Shown here in pieces: positions 12,152 to 25,650 of a DNA stretch of 64,000 bases. The stretch is from Trichoplax sp. H2 (Eukaryota). How positions within the stretch are numbered: the first letter of the stretch is position 1; every line of letters starts with the position of its first letter. Under the pieces are notes generated by a model. It ran no database searches, was not told the DNA's origin, and saw only the letters and a program-made list of their open reading frames with translations. The stretch spans positions 62,001 to 126,000 of the forward strand of contig NOWV01000169.1 of NCBI GenBank assembly GCA_003344405.1, given 5' to 3'. The position numbers and the translations under genes were made by a program.

Positions 12152-12962
12152 TTATCCCAAAATGCACATTAGCCAAAAACTACCAAATCTACCGCATTTG
12201 GATTTATTCTTTTTTGGAGGCGCTGTTGTTTGATCTTTTTCATTAACATTTCTCGAGGTCCCATTTTTTGTTAATGAAAGTATCTTGTTTAGCAAGGAGG
12301 ATCTTCGTTGTGAATCATCTATTTATTATAATCATGTAATCTTATATATTAATAGAACTGGAAACACATGATACAATTAAATCATAACCACAGAAATTGA
12401 AATAACGGTTGTTCTAGAACTATGTACACATCCTACTATTATATAGTATGACATATTCACTATTACTATTCAGCTATTTGAAATAATGTAAAATATAGTA
12501 TGTGTAGCGTATTTACCTGATTTAAGTATATTCGATATGAATTATTAATTTAGTGTTTTTCATTACAGTATAATAAAATATGTCAACGATGGAGTACTTA
12601 TATATTTATATTACATCATTGGAATGAGACTTATTTTCAAGTTAATGTAAAAATTGTTCCAAATGTGAAAAATATTTATAGTAGAAAATGCTCTGAAGGT
12701 CTCGATGGTTTTAGTATAACTTGATATTAGCGCTATTACCTTTAGGGTGCAGAATTTGACGATTGTAGGGAACATGTCGTATCGATTCCTCCCATCCCTT
12801 CGTCAATAGTCTGCTATTTCCTATGTAATCGTTGAATCGTTTTGGAATTTCGACAAAGCGCTTGTGTTCTACAGATGTAAAGCGACGCGGCGTTGCGTTC
12901 GTTAGCTGATAGAACCACATGGCACTTATAATCACTACGATAAATTTTTTCATCTTCAGCAT
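12152..12962 (-). CDS. Secreted prepropeptide (neuropeptide/peptide-hormone-like precursor), 2 exons, ~129 aa, with a C-terminal Cys-Cys ring peptide
   Basis: Exon 1 is 12962-12740 (donor AAG|GTAATA) and exon 2 is 12318-12152 (acceptor AAATAG|); phases are compatible. Product: signal-peptide-like MKKFIVVIISAMWFYQLTNA, then TP-RR-FTSVEH-KR-FVEIP-KR-FNDYIGNSRLLTKGWEESIRHVPYNRQILHPKDDSQ-RR-SSLLNKILSLTKNGTSRNVNEKDQTTAPP-KK-NKSKCGRFGSFWLMCILG*. TATAAA occurs upstream on the - strand (12998-13003, 13028-13033) and AATAAA downstream (~11672-11681). Confidence 0.75.
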
Positions 12963-15900
12963 TTTCGAATAAATCTGTTTAAATTGGAAAATCGCAATTT
13001 ATATAGATATTTATCGAGGCTTTCTTATTTATAGATAAAATCTTAAATTCTATGTTTGTCTACGGTATCGCATTTATCAATGCACAGCAACTTTGAAGCC
13101 TAAATTCGAACAAGTACCTTTGTGCTTTCATAAAAAAATAGACAAGCGAATAATGCGCTACTGTTATAAAACTAATTGCTATATTTTGAAATAAGCAAGT
13201 TCTTTATAAATTTTTAGTGATAATCTATACTATTCTTTCAAATATTTTATATAATTCCACTTACATTTATGTAAAGTAATCGGCCCGGTGATAAGATCAG
13301 TTCAAGGTGTAGAATGATTAATCGATTTGTATCAAAACATTTGCTTTTATAGCTTCTGCACTATTGATTATCTATGATTACACTCGGAATTACGTAATAT
13401 TATACGTAGTACTTACGAATACTAATGCTATAATATTACTGACAAGAACTGTTAAATTACTAGACTATTCGACTACAATAATACGTGTAAACTACGAACA
13501 AAGGGTAACAACTGGCTACTTTTGTTAATAATCCTGAAGGTGCGGATTAAAGTAAACAATGACAGGGAAAGAGGAAGTCGCTGCATAATAGAAGATTATT
13601 AAGAAGACTAATTTTTTAATCTATAAATGCCAAGGCTTTATAACTTTGTCTATACAAATAAACATAATTCTATTCTTGACGAGTCGTCCCTAACGGTGTT
13701 TTAATTTTAGATTTGTTTTGTTTGAAGGTGTAAATGTCTGCTGAGGTTATCATACATCTGGAAGCTAAAAATATGTCAGAGTAATCCAAAACATATTTAT
13801 GCGTAATCAACATACATATGATAGAAATGAATGTGAATGTATTGTAAGTCACTGGACACACCGCTGATTCACACCGATCTAATTCACCTTTTATCTATCC
13901 CTTCTTATTGCAGCTAACATATAATATCCGCAATATAATTAAATACTACATTTCTTTTTAAAAATGTTAAAATATTAGAATTTATGATTATAAAATATTA
14001 CTATCATTTATATATAGATAATGTATATACGTAAACAATATTGCACCTGTAATCTAACTTTTTTCGAAGTCAAATCATTAAAATCAAGCTGTTATATGGT
14101 TCCGATCTATTTAAGAATTGATTGTAGAAGTGGATCGAAATACTTATGCAAATATTAAAATGCCCAAATGGCAACGTCATTCCCCAAAATAAGAGTGATT
14201 GCATATTATACATTTTTTATTATCTACGGTATTGTTTTGATTACAATTAAATTTTAGAATCCGAAATATACTGCGTATAAAGAAGCAATCTCACAATTGA
14301 TTCATAAAAATTTATTAGAAAGACATTGCCAGCCGTATAGATTAACCTTTGTAGACAAAGTTCTAGCGAAACATATTATTTCAAGATTTAGTATAAATCA
14401 AATCTAGCGCCATATTTCGTGGTTGTTATTTTGTTGTAGCAAATATACTTTGGCAATATATGTTTAATGCCATCAGTATGCAAAATTAAAGATAAATTCT
14501 ATGGCGTTATAGAATTTTTATCTTTATTTAGCATCTTAACCAAATCTTTAAAGGAAATTTCATAATAGAGATAATACTTAAATTTACACCAAGATGCTAA
14601 AATATTTAAATTGATATGGCTACTGCAAGCATAAGTTTCGATGTTTTGCAGTCTGTATGCTAGTTTAAAGATTAAAAATTGAAGGATCAGGAATCGAAGA
14701 TATGCTCTACTAAAATCAAACTCTAATGAATATAATTTAATTTATTACTTAGATCTGCCGTTATATATAATGGCATAGCCTTAGAAAATCTCAACCAATG
14801 TAGGCTACTCTGGATTAAATAATAAGGTCCTCGTTGATATGAATTATAGACACATATCGCAATCCTTAAATTTCTTTATCATGGAAATATGTGAACTGTC
14901 AAGTCAATGAAACCTTATAGTCTAATCATGAGTAAATTTTACCTGTGAGGATTTAAGTGATATGTTTTACTACTTGAATTTATCATTATATTGACAGTAG
15001 ACCCTTACCGTTGTACCTACAATACAGTGAGAATCGACCTTTGACAGAAAATTTACGCTTTTAAGAGAAAATTTTTAGTTGAGTGGTCTCTGGTACTGTA
15101 CAATTAATTACTGTAATTTCTTAACTGGTCGACTTGATACATGTTTCTCACATGGTCAATTTTAAGTTTTTTGTTCCAGGGTTGGAAGTTCAAGCAATTT
15201 GTTAATTTATACTGCTAACGGAGAGACAAGAAATATATTTTAAAAAAGGCTTTGCTATAATACGTATCGCGTATATCTATTAATAATGATCAAGAATAAA
15301 TTTTTTTCAAAATATAAATCGCTGTCCGCAGGTACCGGTAATGAATCAACTGAATAGATTTATTAGTAGACTTTTTAGAAAAGTATACAGTGTCTGTTCA
15401 TCGTGAATAGGTATTTCAGCTAGTTTATAAACATGTTATTGTACCAATATTCTGTCGCTTTATGTGAAGTGAGATTGCTTGGATTAGGTGTAAATTTGAT
15501 ATTAATTGTAAATTTTTGTTCGTGTCCGAACAAGGTCTGTCATTTTCATATATCACAATTCTACTAGAAAACTTCTACAAGATTATGGCCTGGATTTTCA
15601 TTGGCTTTACAACAATAGTCCATCGATAGAAAATGACGATAGATTTACTGTATACCCAATAAAGTAATGGAGGTGTACCTGCAAATTCTGCTTACCGCAG
15701 TTACCGGTAATTTTAGTGCTGTGCTCATATTGTTTTATGGTAAACAGCAATACACTTAGGAAATTGCTAATAGTGAGATATTTTTAAACCTTTTGTTAAT
15801 ACAAATTAAAATTAGTTGAGGATATTCGATGTAAATGCTATAAATAGTGTTACTCACAATTGAGTGAAACCTATCATAATCGTTTTAATAGCGGTTTTGT

Positions 15901-16731
15901 ATAATAACTAAATCAGCCTTTCCTTAAGGATTTTAGTGTATGCCTGTTAAAATTTTTTAAATATTGGTTAAGGTAAGGCTTGCAGCATCTGATAGAATAA
16001 TATTAACAGACAGACTTATGAATGAAAAAGTACAAAAATAATAATTTCAAATGGATTAATCCGCTTAATCAGAGTATGACACCTGTCATTTTATAATGCC
16101 ACATGATATCTTTATTTCGTGTTTCTCAGATAAAGATTTGTAGATAAATTCGTACGTCTAGTCGTCTACTACCGCAGTACAATACCTAATTGCACACTTT
16201 GCACTAGCTTCGACTATTTGCGAGGTTGCTATAGCTATAACGATCGAAACTGGATTGAAATTAAATCTATTAAATCAATTGAAGGTAACAAGCGTTAACC
16301 CAGTTTCAAAAAGAAATTTAAGGTAAAATTTACCGTAATCAAATAGAATCCATAGCGATGGAGGAATAGATAAATATTTATACCCTGGCAACACGGCGAG
16401 TAATGTTAGAAAAGATTCTTACTTATACAGTACTATGAATTTGCGATATAACGCTATGTAAGTGTTTACTATAGGTTAAAAGATAAGGTGAATCTTCAAT
16501 TCAGCACGTATATTATTATTACTGCACTATACAGTGTTTAAAAGAATTCTAGAGCATAATTTTAAAAAGAGCACGCTATAGTGTCAAGTAATTGTCTTGC
16601 ATTTTTCCGCAATGTCGTCATATCTCCGTTGATGATATACGCCTTTGAATCTTATTAATTGAATATGATTGTACACTTCCGTTCACCATTCGATCTTGCC
16701 AAATTCTGATTCATTGACTTTCACTAGGAGC

Positions 16732-19700
16732 TTAATTGGCATCACAAATAACTTCTACAATCTATAAATATATTTATGAATTTTAACAAACTATAATTAG
16801 GTAGCACAACGGTAAACTTTTGCTTACGCTTTGTTCCATAAGTAAAGGTTCCAGGCATCGATTTACAGTACTATTCACAACCTCATCCAATAGAAAACTC
16901 ACTATACTGTTATTAAAATAATGTTAAATATTACTTTAGCAACGACTAACATAAAATCATTTATAAAAGAGTATATGAACATCGCACAAGAGTGAACGAT
17001 CGACTACCTTTCGTCAGAAACGAATTTCCATAAGTGCAGGTATAAGTAGTATGTGTCGACTTGTATTTGTTGCAGACCATATTTATTAAAAGTGCGCAGT
17101 CGGATACACTCAAGAAACGTCTTGAAGATAAAAGTGCCTCAGTTATAAATACAGTTTACAGTTATTCTAGCATACTGCTAAAGATACATACTTTTAAAGC
17201 AATTTTAACTATTCCCGTCATAACAGATAATTTACTGAATTCTACGGCACTAAAGATTTCAATCCTTTCTGTAAATAGCTTCTGGATATTAGACATTAAG
17301 CTAGTATCAAACGGTGCCACACTAACGAAATAAATAATCAAGATGTTAATCGGATGCATTCTGCTTCCTGTATGACACAGAATCGAATTTTAATTCGCTA
17401 ACTTTCCACTGTATCCCCATTGTTTAGATTGATTTCTTGAAGGTGGACGCCTCCCTGAATCTTTTCCATAGTAACAAAATATTTACCATATAATTTCGTC
17501 AAGATATTCATGAATTAGCTTAATTATAATAATAATTATATCCTTTTAAACAGTATAGTGATAACATCGTTTCACCTGAGCCGATATCGTGTCTTGATGC
17601 ATCTTCAAATAACATTCCAACCTGCACATCAACAGCGTTGAGATCTTCTACAACTCTTTTCATAACAGAACGGACATTCCTTGGCTCAATGGTGTTCATC
17701 CAGTCGCGCGTTTCAACGCTTTTTCTTATCATCTAAAATGTAAATCGAAATATAAATGTATACCTACTGCCTAGAATTATGCAACATATAGCCTGGTTGG
17801 TGACAGGGACTACTCAAGAAGAAATTTTGTTAATTTTTCTCTCCTCCCCTTCTTGTAAGGAGAAGGTGGAAGGCTTAGTTTGGCTGGAGGGGATTAGCTT
17901 GAGATTTGGGGGACAAATTTTTTCTTCAGTAGTCCCTGTTGGTGGTCAGTAATCTTATCTACATCAAAATAAACTAGTAATTTATGGTGTGATGTGGGTA
18001 CCTGAGATATTATTAGCCCTTGAGTTTTTACGTAGTAATCCAGTAGAGTCTAAAATATTTGAGGTACTTTAATACTAAGATAACGTGAATTGTGATTATA
18101 ACATTACTATATAACCTGAGCAGTATCTTTGGTTTGTTGACGTAATTCCATAACTGATAGACTGTTTGAGCTACTATCACCGCCAATAATGTGGGGAAAT
18201 TTCTCATCTGTTATAGATATCTGTAAAATTCGCAACAGTAAAATGCTGTAGCAATTAGAGGTACTTCAAGTATTGTAAAAGCTCAATTTGATAAAAAAAA
18301 TGAAAGGTGCGTGCTTACTATATAATTAATAGTCGAATTGTGAAAATCAGAGCAGAGGCGGGAAAGTAGTAGCAATAATTCCGGTGGTATTGACATTCCT
18401 TTACCGTGAATGGTCGTGCAAAAATTCTAAAACGATTAAATCAAAATCTTGACTGCTCCATCGGCGCATTTAAATTATGTAATAAAATTACGAGTAGATA
18501 ACTTTGATATTCCTAACTTTCGCTACTATGTTGACATGCTTGATAAAATTGATAACGAATGAATCCCTGACATCGCGACAAAAGTTATTTCGAAAGTATG
18601 CTGTGTTGGCTATAGTAGTGAAATCCGGGTTTATAAATTCCTGCGATAAAGCAATACATTGTAATGTTATGTGCATTAGTGGTCACTCATTAATACAATG
18701 TAATACTGTGTGCCAAATATAATGATAACATAATATCGACCTCCAAATGATCGAGGAAGTATTTCATTTTTTGGGTGACAGCTGAAATAGTTCTATGTAA
18801 TAAATCGATCATTTTAATTTCCAGCTCTTTATCTTTTTGAGATATTTTGTTACTCGCCATAGTCTGCCTAATATCAGTTATGCAATCTAGTAAGTTAAGA
18901 ATAGGAAAGTGACGTTAAATATCACTCATTATATAAGACTAATTTGAATACAATGAAATATTTTAGCGAACCTGCAAAATACGCTTTCAATTGCTTGAGA
19001 TAGTGATGTAAACGCTCTCGTGTTGCATCAAATACCACGTTTAAGCTTATCCTGTAATAATTATAATCAGGATAGAGTCAGATACCAAGATATTTTGTGA
19101 TCGTGCACAGTTTTAATTTATATTGTATATGGTATACGTATCTCTCAGAGTGTCAGAATATTTAGAATGGAAGTTATCTTACTCTTTTATGCCAATATCA
19201 GGCAGTAGCTTGTCTAAAGCTTGTAAACGTCTGTAGAATCTGTCAAGGGCTCTAACTAGGATAGGATTGTCTTCACTATCGGTCTGCAATGAGGCAAAGT
19301 AGGCATAGATCACCCATTGTTAAAGGCTAATGCATCATTAAGCTATTACAAAATGTCGAAACGAAAATGATCTAAAGTGTATCTAGATATAAATTACGTA
19401 CACAAGGAATTTCCAATAGTATAAAATCCTGACAATAGCTTAAATAATCGTTAAACATTTTTTGGACAAACTGTCTGAGTCTTTCAGTTGCCGCATTTTC
19501 TGTTTCACGTTGAAGTGGTGTTCTGTTTTTGATAATGATTTATTGTGAGACTGACATCGCTAGGCATTAAGATACTATAAATGTTTAGTATGCACACCCA
19601 ATATCACCATGATATTGCATGAAATTCTCTTTATATGTTGCAATTACAAGACACATGTCGCTTACGAATCCATTACAGCCGCAATCAATAAACTCCAAGA

Positions 19701-22572
19701 TATCCTGCATTCGAACAAGACTTATTATGATGTGGCTTCGTGTCATATAATAAAGTATGTGATAACATAATTGTGTCGCAGGAATTTAGTAAACGAATTA
19801 TATCTGTTTAAGAAACTCACCATCGACTGAATATTGGCCGGATTAGCGTTTGGACTATAACTTTTTCTACAAACGTCTGCATTAAGCAAATCATCAGAGG
19901 TGGTGATCGCCGAAGTTTCTGTAACGAAATTGGGATTTTGTTCTCCATCAACACTCACAGTATGCATGTTAAGTTTTCTTGATTGTAGCTAAGAATGGTA
20001 TTAGAATTATTAATATTGTTTGTTAACTTAAACAATCTTATACATAAAAATTTAATTTGATAAGCTACTAAAAAAGTTGATTTGCCTTGTCTTTAAATAT
20101 AATTAAATTCATAGTTACAAGTTTCTTAAAGCATACTAAAAACTTTATATCAAAAATTACGGACTTGCTGCCTGAGAAACTGTAAATCTTCATCTAGACG
20201 TCGCTTAGCGCTGTGTAAGGAAAATAGCAGTAATTAATTGCGTATCATAGTTCAACAGATGGAACAGTTATAATACTGTACATACTGGTTCAAGAATTTA
20301 TCATACAGTTCATCAGGTTTTTCCTTTAATTGCAGTAAAAGTTCAACGCATGTCGTCAATTCCTTAGAGGTAGACTGAAAGTATTGGAAAATCAATCAAT
20401 GGAGTAATAAACCTAAAATTAATAGTTTGAATTCTGTAATAACGTATAAGCTCAGCAACTAAATATATTCGAATATTCTGACCTCCGGATCATCAAACTT
20501 CTCCTTTAGAATCTTGCATAGTTCACCCATAATAGATTGGCAGTCATTGCGTATCCCTTGAAAGGAAGGCTCATGATGATACCGATCGAGAATATCTCTT
20601 GTTTTAGTATAATACCTAATCATAGTATATGAATATCATAATAATCATTTGATGCTGTGAAGTTAAAAATCTAAATATTAATATCAGGCCAACCTAACTG
20701 CCTGCGAAAAGGACTTCATATGTATACATTGCTTCAGGCGAAATGGAAGCTCAAACAAAAACTGTAGCTAAGAGTATATTGATGATATAAAATGTAAGTC
20801 AGATTTTCTGATTCTATTTGAAATATGTCAATAAGGGACTTCTAGCTCAGATAAAAGCTATACTTCGTTATTTCGTAAATCAGCTATGCAGTGGTTACTT
20901 ACTTTCTTCAATAATGTATGAACTCCCGATAATTTCGTTATTTGTTGACGCCTTTCAGCCAATGTTGAACTAATGTTGCTGCTAAATTCAGTAATTGATG
21001 ACATTTTGATTGCAAGCTGCTCCATTTCGTTTTCCATTTTTTTAAAATCATGTTTCATCTATTTAAAGGAAAGGAAAGCAAAGCAACAGGAGAACGCTTA
21101 CTTATATTTTTTAATGCTATTACCAAGTTAGATGATCTCAAATTTCGTGTCTGTCGATTATGCGATACAGTAATGATTAATCTAAGACATCATTTTAGAT
21201 GGTCCTATCTTATTTTGCGATTTACAGTCGACAAAGAACGTAATCAAAGCAGAGAAGACATACCTTTTTGATAGTGTCCGTTGCACTAATAAATTTGTTG
21301 TAGTTTTCATAGACTAGAGTTTGCATTTCACTGTCCAGGGCTCGAATTTCTGCCATTAAGGTAAAAATCATATGTACAACCATAATATGAATTATATTAA
21401 TGTAAAGGATAATGAGGGGTAAAAGTATATATGTGAATTACGTTAGTGTGTTATAGTAGTTCACTGGCAACTAACTAATAAGGTTTTAAAATCATTTTTG
21501 ACGGAAATATTAAATGCATCAGAAACGATTATATACCTCAGTGATTTCTAGGGTTACAGTTATACCGTATTTATACGAGGTCGTATTAGTAATAAATACA
21601 GTTGGGATAGCGTGATTTTATTAAATTCAGAAAGGATTCCGTAATAGTATAAAAATTTCAAGTAACTACAATAGGGGGCTAACGATTACAGGATTGTTTA
21701 TGGAAAGCCTACGGCACTCCATATCATTCATAGGATGTGTCAACAGAATCTCGCGCTATTACTCCATAACATTCCACCGTCAAATTCTGCTATTTCTGCA
21801 AATATATTTATAGAACTTTCCATCACATTACGTGTATTACTATAGCTTTTGTTGGAGTGAAAAATCGCTACTCTAACATGTCTTTCTGTGGCCCCAACAG
21901 GATTGCTCATTACCATAATCCTTACACTTTTAAATGACGGGAATACTTTCTAGTTTTATGTCACTATTTTTAAACTTATAATTTACTATTTATTAATAGT
22001 AATTATTGTTATCAATGTATAAAATTTCATCGTTATGACATTCTTAATAAGATTTTTAAGGTTAGGCATGTGAAATTCATTACTAACGTTTGACCATCTC
22101 CGTTTCCTTTTCCATTAATTGTTGAAGTCCATTCTCTCTAAGTTGTTTGGACAGATAAGATTCTACTTTAAATTGGTTACTGTCGATATCCAATGGATCG
22201 ATTGTTTGTGACCCTCCTTGTTCTTGCAAACCATAGTATAGCTTCAAAATGCCACGAGTCGGACGACGAGTGGGTTCATCTCCGCCGTCAAAATCTGTAC
22301 AGAATGGTACAAGAGGGTCAAGAGTATGCAAGCTGTTGTATCAAACAAGTTAAAGTTTCAATATTACACTAAGAAACTAGAGATGAATTGTGCAAAAACA
22401 ATTACATCGGTCTAAAACCATGTTAAGATAGCAAACTGTGGCTCTAGACAGCACTAGAATCTGGATTATACTAAGATCATAACATTGTCATTATATAATT
22501 AAAGTTGCGAACTACAGTACTAGGAATTCATTGAATGGTCCCCGCGGCTGTGTTATTACCTGATGCAGCCAT
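16732..22572 (-). CDS. VPS51: Vacuolar protein sorting-associated protein 51 (GARP/EARP subunit, Ang2/fat-free), multi-exon
   Basis: A 13-nt first coding exon (22572-22560, MAAS) joins [23 protein letters not shown]. Later exons give [43 protein letters not shown]...[43 protein letters not shown] and [17 protein letters not shown]. Last exon is IVEVICDAN* (16761-16732). Confidence 0.95.
17804..17938. mobile_element. MITE-like element with ~26-bp terminal inverted repeats, in a VPS51 intron
   Basis: Left arm CAGGGACTACTCAAGAAGAAATTTTGT; right arm reverse complement CAGGGACTACTGAAGAAAAAATTTGT. Flanked by an imperfect direct repeat TTGGTGA / TTGGTGG. The interior is GC-richer than the host intron. 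Confidence 0.7.
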
Positions 22573-23099
22573 TTTGGAACTTTTATGTAGTATAGAAGAC
22601 TGTATTTGTTTACCATGAGCTGTACAGAATTCTACTCGTGATCAGTCATTGAAATTATGGTACGGTGCATATTGTTATGCAAGTCTAAACGTTTTTAATA
22701 ATTATTTAACAAACAACTACGTACATAAATCAATCTTACTTGCTATACTGCAGTATGTCTGCGCAGCATATACCTGCTATTTTAGTAAAACTAAAGTTAC
22801 TGGTACCAATTGCATGGCACAGAGGTAAGAAAATGGCCAACTATCGACTTACCCACTGATATTTGTCCGTAATTAGTAATTAATATTGTTGCAGATACGA
22901 TCATATGATCAGTGAATTATGCCATGCTGTACAGTGTACAGTACGTACAACCCTAAATTGTCAGAATTTCAATCACCAGCTGTTCTCGTTTAGTCTCTAA
23001 TAATTAATTATATTTACTAATAATATCGTACAAATGTACACTTGTACAGGTATACGGCGCACCTACTACGTAGTTTTTTTCTGATCTCTCGCATACAGC

Positions 23100-25650
23100 A
23101 CTTAAAAAGTACAGTACTGTATAGTACAGTAGCTATAATTATCCGTGACTTACAGAACTGTACGTACTGTATATCAAAGCTAACTCGGATCTAAGAGATA
23201 GGAGTATAAAGATATTTTAAGGGTGTTATTGATATTTTGATAGCACAAACTAAGGTTAGGAATTAAACCTTGCCATTCTAACTATTGAAGGGAACTCTTT
23301 TCTGTTAAAATCGAAGCTGTTAAACGGTGTAAGAGGTCATTTACCCGATCTCCAAATGCGTAAATTTATAGTGAATACTCTCCGGATGTGTCTGAGCTAG
23401 TGGATGAATTGGCGCATTGACATACGAATAATGTAATAGATAGCAACAGGACAGAAGCAAACGCTTACAACAACTTCTGTTAGGAAAAGCTATAATATTG
23501 TATATAATAAATGAAATTCGTGTGAAAATCGAATTTCATTTATCTCTATAGTGTACTTCTTATCAGGCTAAGCAAACTACAGTATTCTACAGTACATGCC
23601 ACAAAAATTTGACGAGCAATATTCACGCACAATACAGTACTGTACTGTACAGTGTACAGCGTTTCAGATTCAGCTGCGTGGATAATTTATAGTTGATTAG
23701 TGTACCGTAGACGCATTTTATGGTGAAGTTATTAGATAAGATTTCAGCGATTTTAAGTCTTAATAAGCTCTGTCGATACACAACAAATCGTGAACGTACT
23801 GTACGGTACAGTGCACATATCTACAGTACAATGCAACTCATGGAATATGAAGGCTGATAAGTGCTATGTACAGTAGTACTGTATATTATACTGGATGTTA
23901 TCTGTCGTTTTGAAGATCTTTGGTTATTAAGAAAGTAAAACAAAATTACTGGTCGAGCCTGCATACAGTGTTTTACGTTATGAATTGATGAACATTTCAA
24001 CCTCTTACCCGCCATTTGGATGCAAGGAGATTCGGAAAGGCTATATTTCACATACAGTATGCACACTGCAGGCTGCGGCGGTACCTGATCAGTGATCACG
24101 GCATAAGCGTTTATGAAACGTTAACTACGCTGTACGCAGCGTTGTTCACAATTAAATGTTTAATGTTATAACCGAACCTTTCTCACGCCTACAGTACTTG
24201 GTAGCTACTTTTGTCATGGAAGCATTAACTGTACTGTACGTACATTGTACAATGCAGCTTAGCATGTGTAATACAGTACTTATACAGTATAGTACACTGT
24301 ACAGTAGAGTTAACACTTATCTACTGTACTGTAATCATGTACAGTACTGTACCGTACTGTAGTAAACTTGCATACTACAGTACAGTATACACTACAGGAA
24401 CGAAGTAAAGTATTCTTAGTACTGTAGATATACAAGGTATGGTATGGCTATACTGTACTGTACTGTACTGTATGTATGCTCATGGAAACAGCGTATAGTA
24501 CTCAGTATTGAATAAGATTTAGAATAGAATTTTTACATCAAAAACCAATTCGACGTCAATCTTACAAATCCTATGAAATAAGCTAAAACATTTCATTCAG
24601 ACTTACGCTTAACACATCGTATAAGGAGTAAAACGCACGAAAAATAACATTGTTAAACGTATAATTTCCAAATATTTAATAGATTTAAGATTTTTTATTA
24701 TGTTACAATCCATAAATGGATTCGCCATTTTCATGCAAATCGATACTGTATCATCAGCCATCTCTGTAGTATGCTACTGATGAAAGCGTAACCATACTGC
24801 TTAAAACCAACTTGGCAGGCTAATAACAGCTGATTTGGATGTCAATCGCAGACTGTAGTGTGCCATTACAGATATGTGATACAGTTGAAATGACCAAAAA
24901 ACAATCAGTCTCCACATTATTAGTACAGTATAGTGAACAACCGTTTCCTGTCCCGTCTCTTTCTGTTTAGTAGTCCCTGATACTATACTGTACTGTACAT
25001 GTATTCTGTACCAGAACAGTGGACTAGAAAGAAGGGCCAACATACAGTTACAGCTGTCGAAGGTTTGGTTGTAGAACCAGCGGCTTCTCGATAAAAATTG
25101 AACTTCGGCACTGCTACAGTCTACAGTACAGTATTACTGTACAGCTGTACTGTAGATATTGTAATCTTGTAATTAGCGGAGGAGTTTGCGCAGTCTAGCG
25201 ACCTGAGTGTATCACTATATCACGTCCATAGAATTTTTCCTTTTACAGTTTTACCTCTACGATCACGTCTTTCACTTGAGGTATAGGTACCTCAAGGTTC
25301 AGGTATGGCTCGTCACTGGCTATAAGTTCTATACAGTATAAGGTTAATATCTGACGTAAAATCGAAGGCGCAGAGACACTGCGAAATCTATTAGGTTAGG
25401 GATAGGGTACACACGTACTGTACACCAGAGTTCTTAATCAGATTTAGCGCCTTGATACGCGGCTAGGCCAGGACGAGGTATGTACTGTAGATTTGAGCTC
25501 TACGCTACTTTGTCACAGCGTCGCCAGTTCGTGATAGAAATACAATAATAAACTATGCTGGTATATAAAATTGATAGTAATACGCCAAAAAATTGAGTAG
25601 ACAAATATAACCATCCGTGTACTGTACAGTGTACAGTACTGTAGTACTTG
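23100..25650. repeat. Intergenic region with dispersed (ACAGT/ACTGT)n and GTAC-palindrome simple repeats
   Basis: Tracts such as tactgtactgtactgtactg (24451-24470) and acagtactgtactgtacagtgtacag (~23634-23659). No recognisable coding exon. Confidence 0.6.

Noticed and set aside
12711-12739. C-terminal GNSANIKLY* of the 83-aa ORF
   Set aside because: It begins exactly at a strong splice donor, so it is probably intron. An unspliced isoform cannot be excluded.
21628-21953. Weak inverted similarity (CAGAAAGGATTCCGTAAT vs ATGACGGGAATACTTTCTAG) in a long VPS51 intron
   Set aside because: Several mismatches and gaps, no extension and no TSD.
23300-24362. Short ORFs and exon-like frames upstream of VPS51
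   Set aside because: No recognisable homology or coherent splice chain; partly simple repeat.
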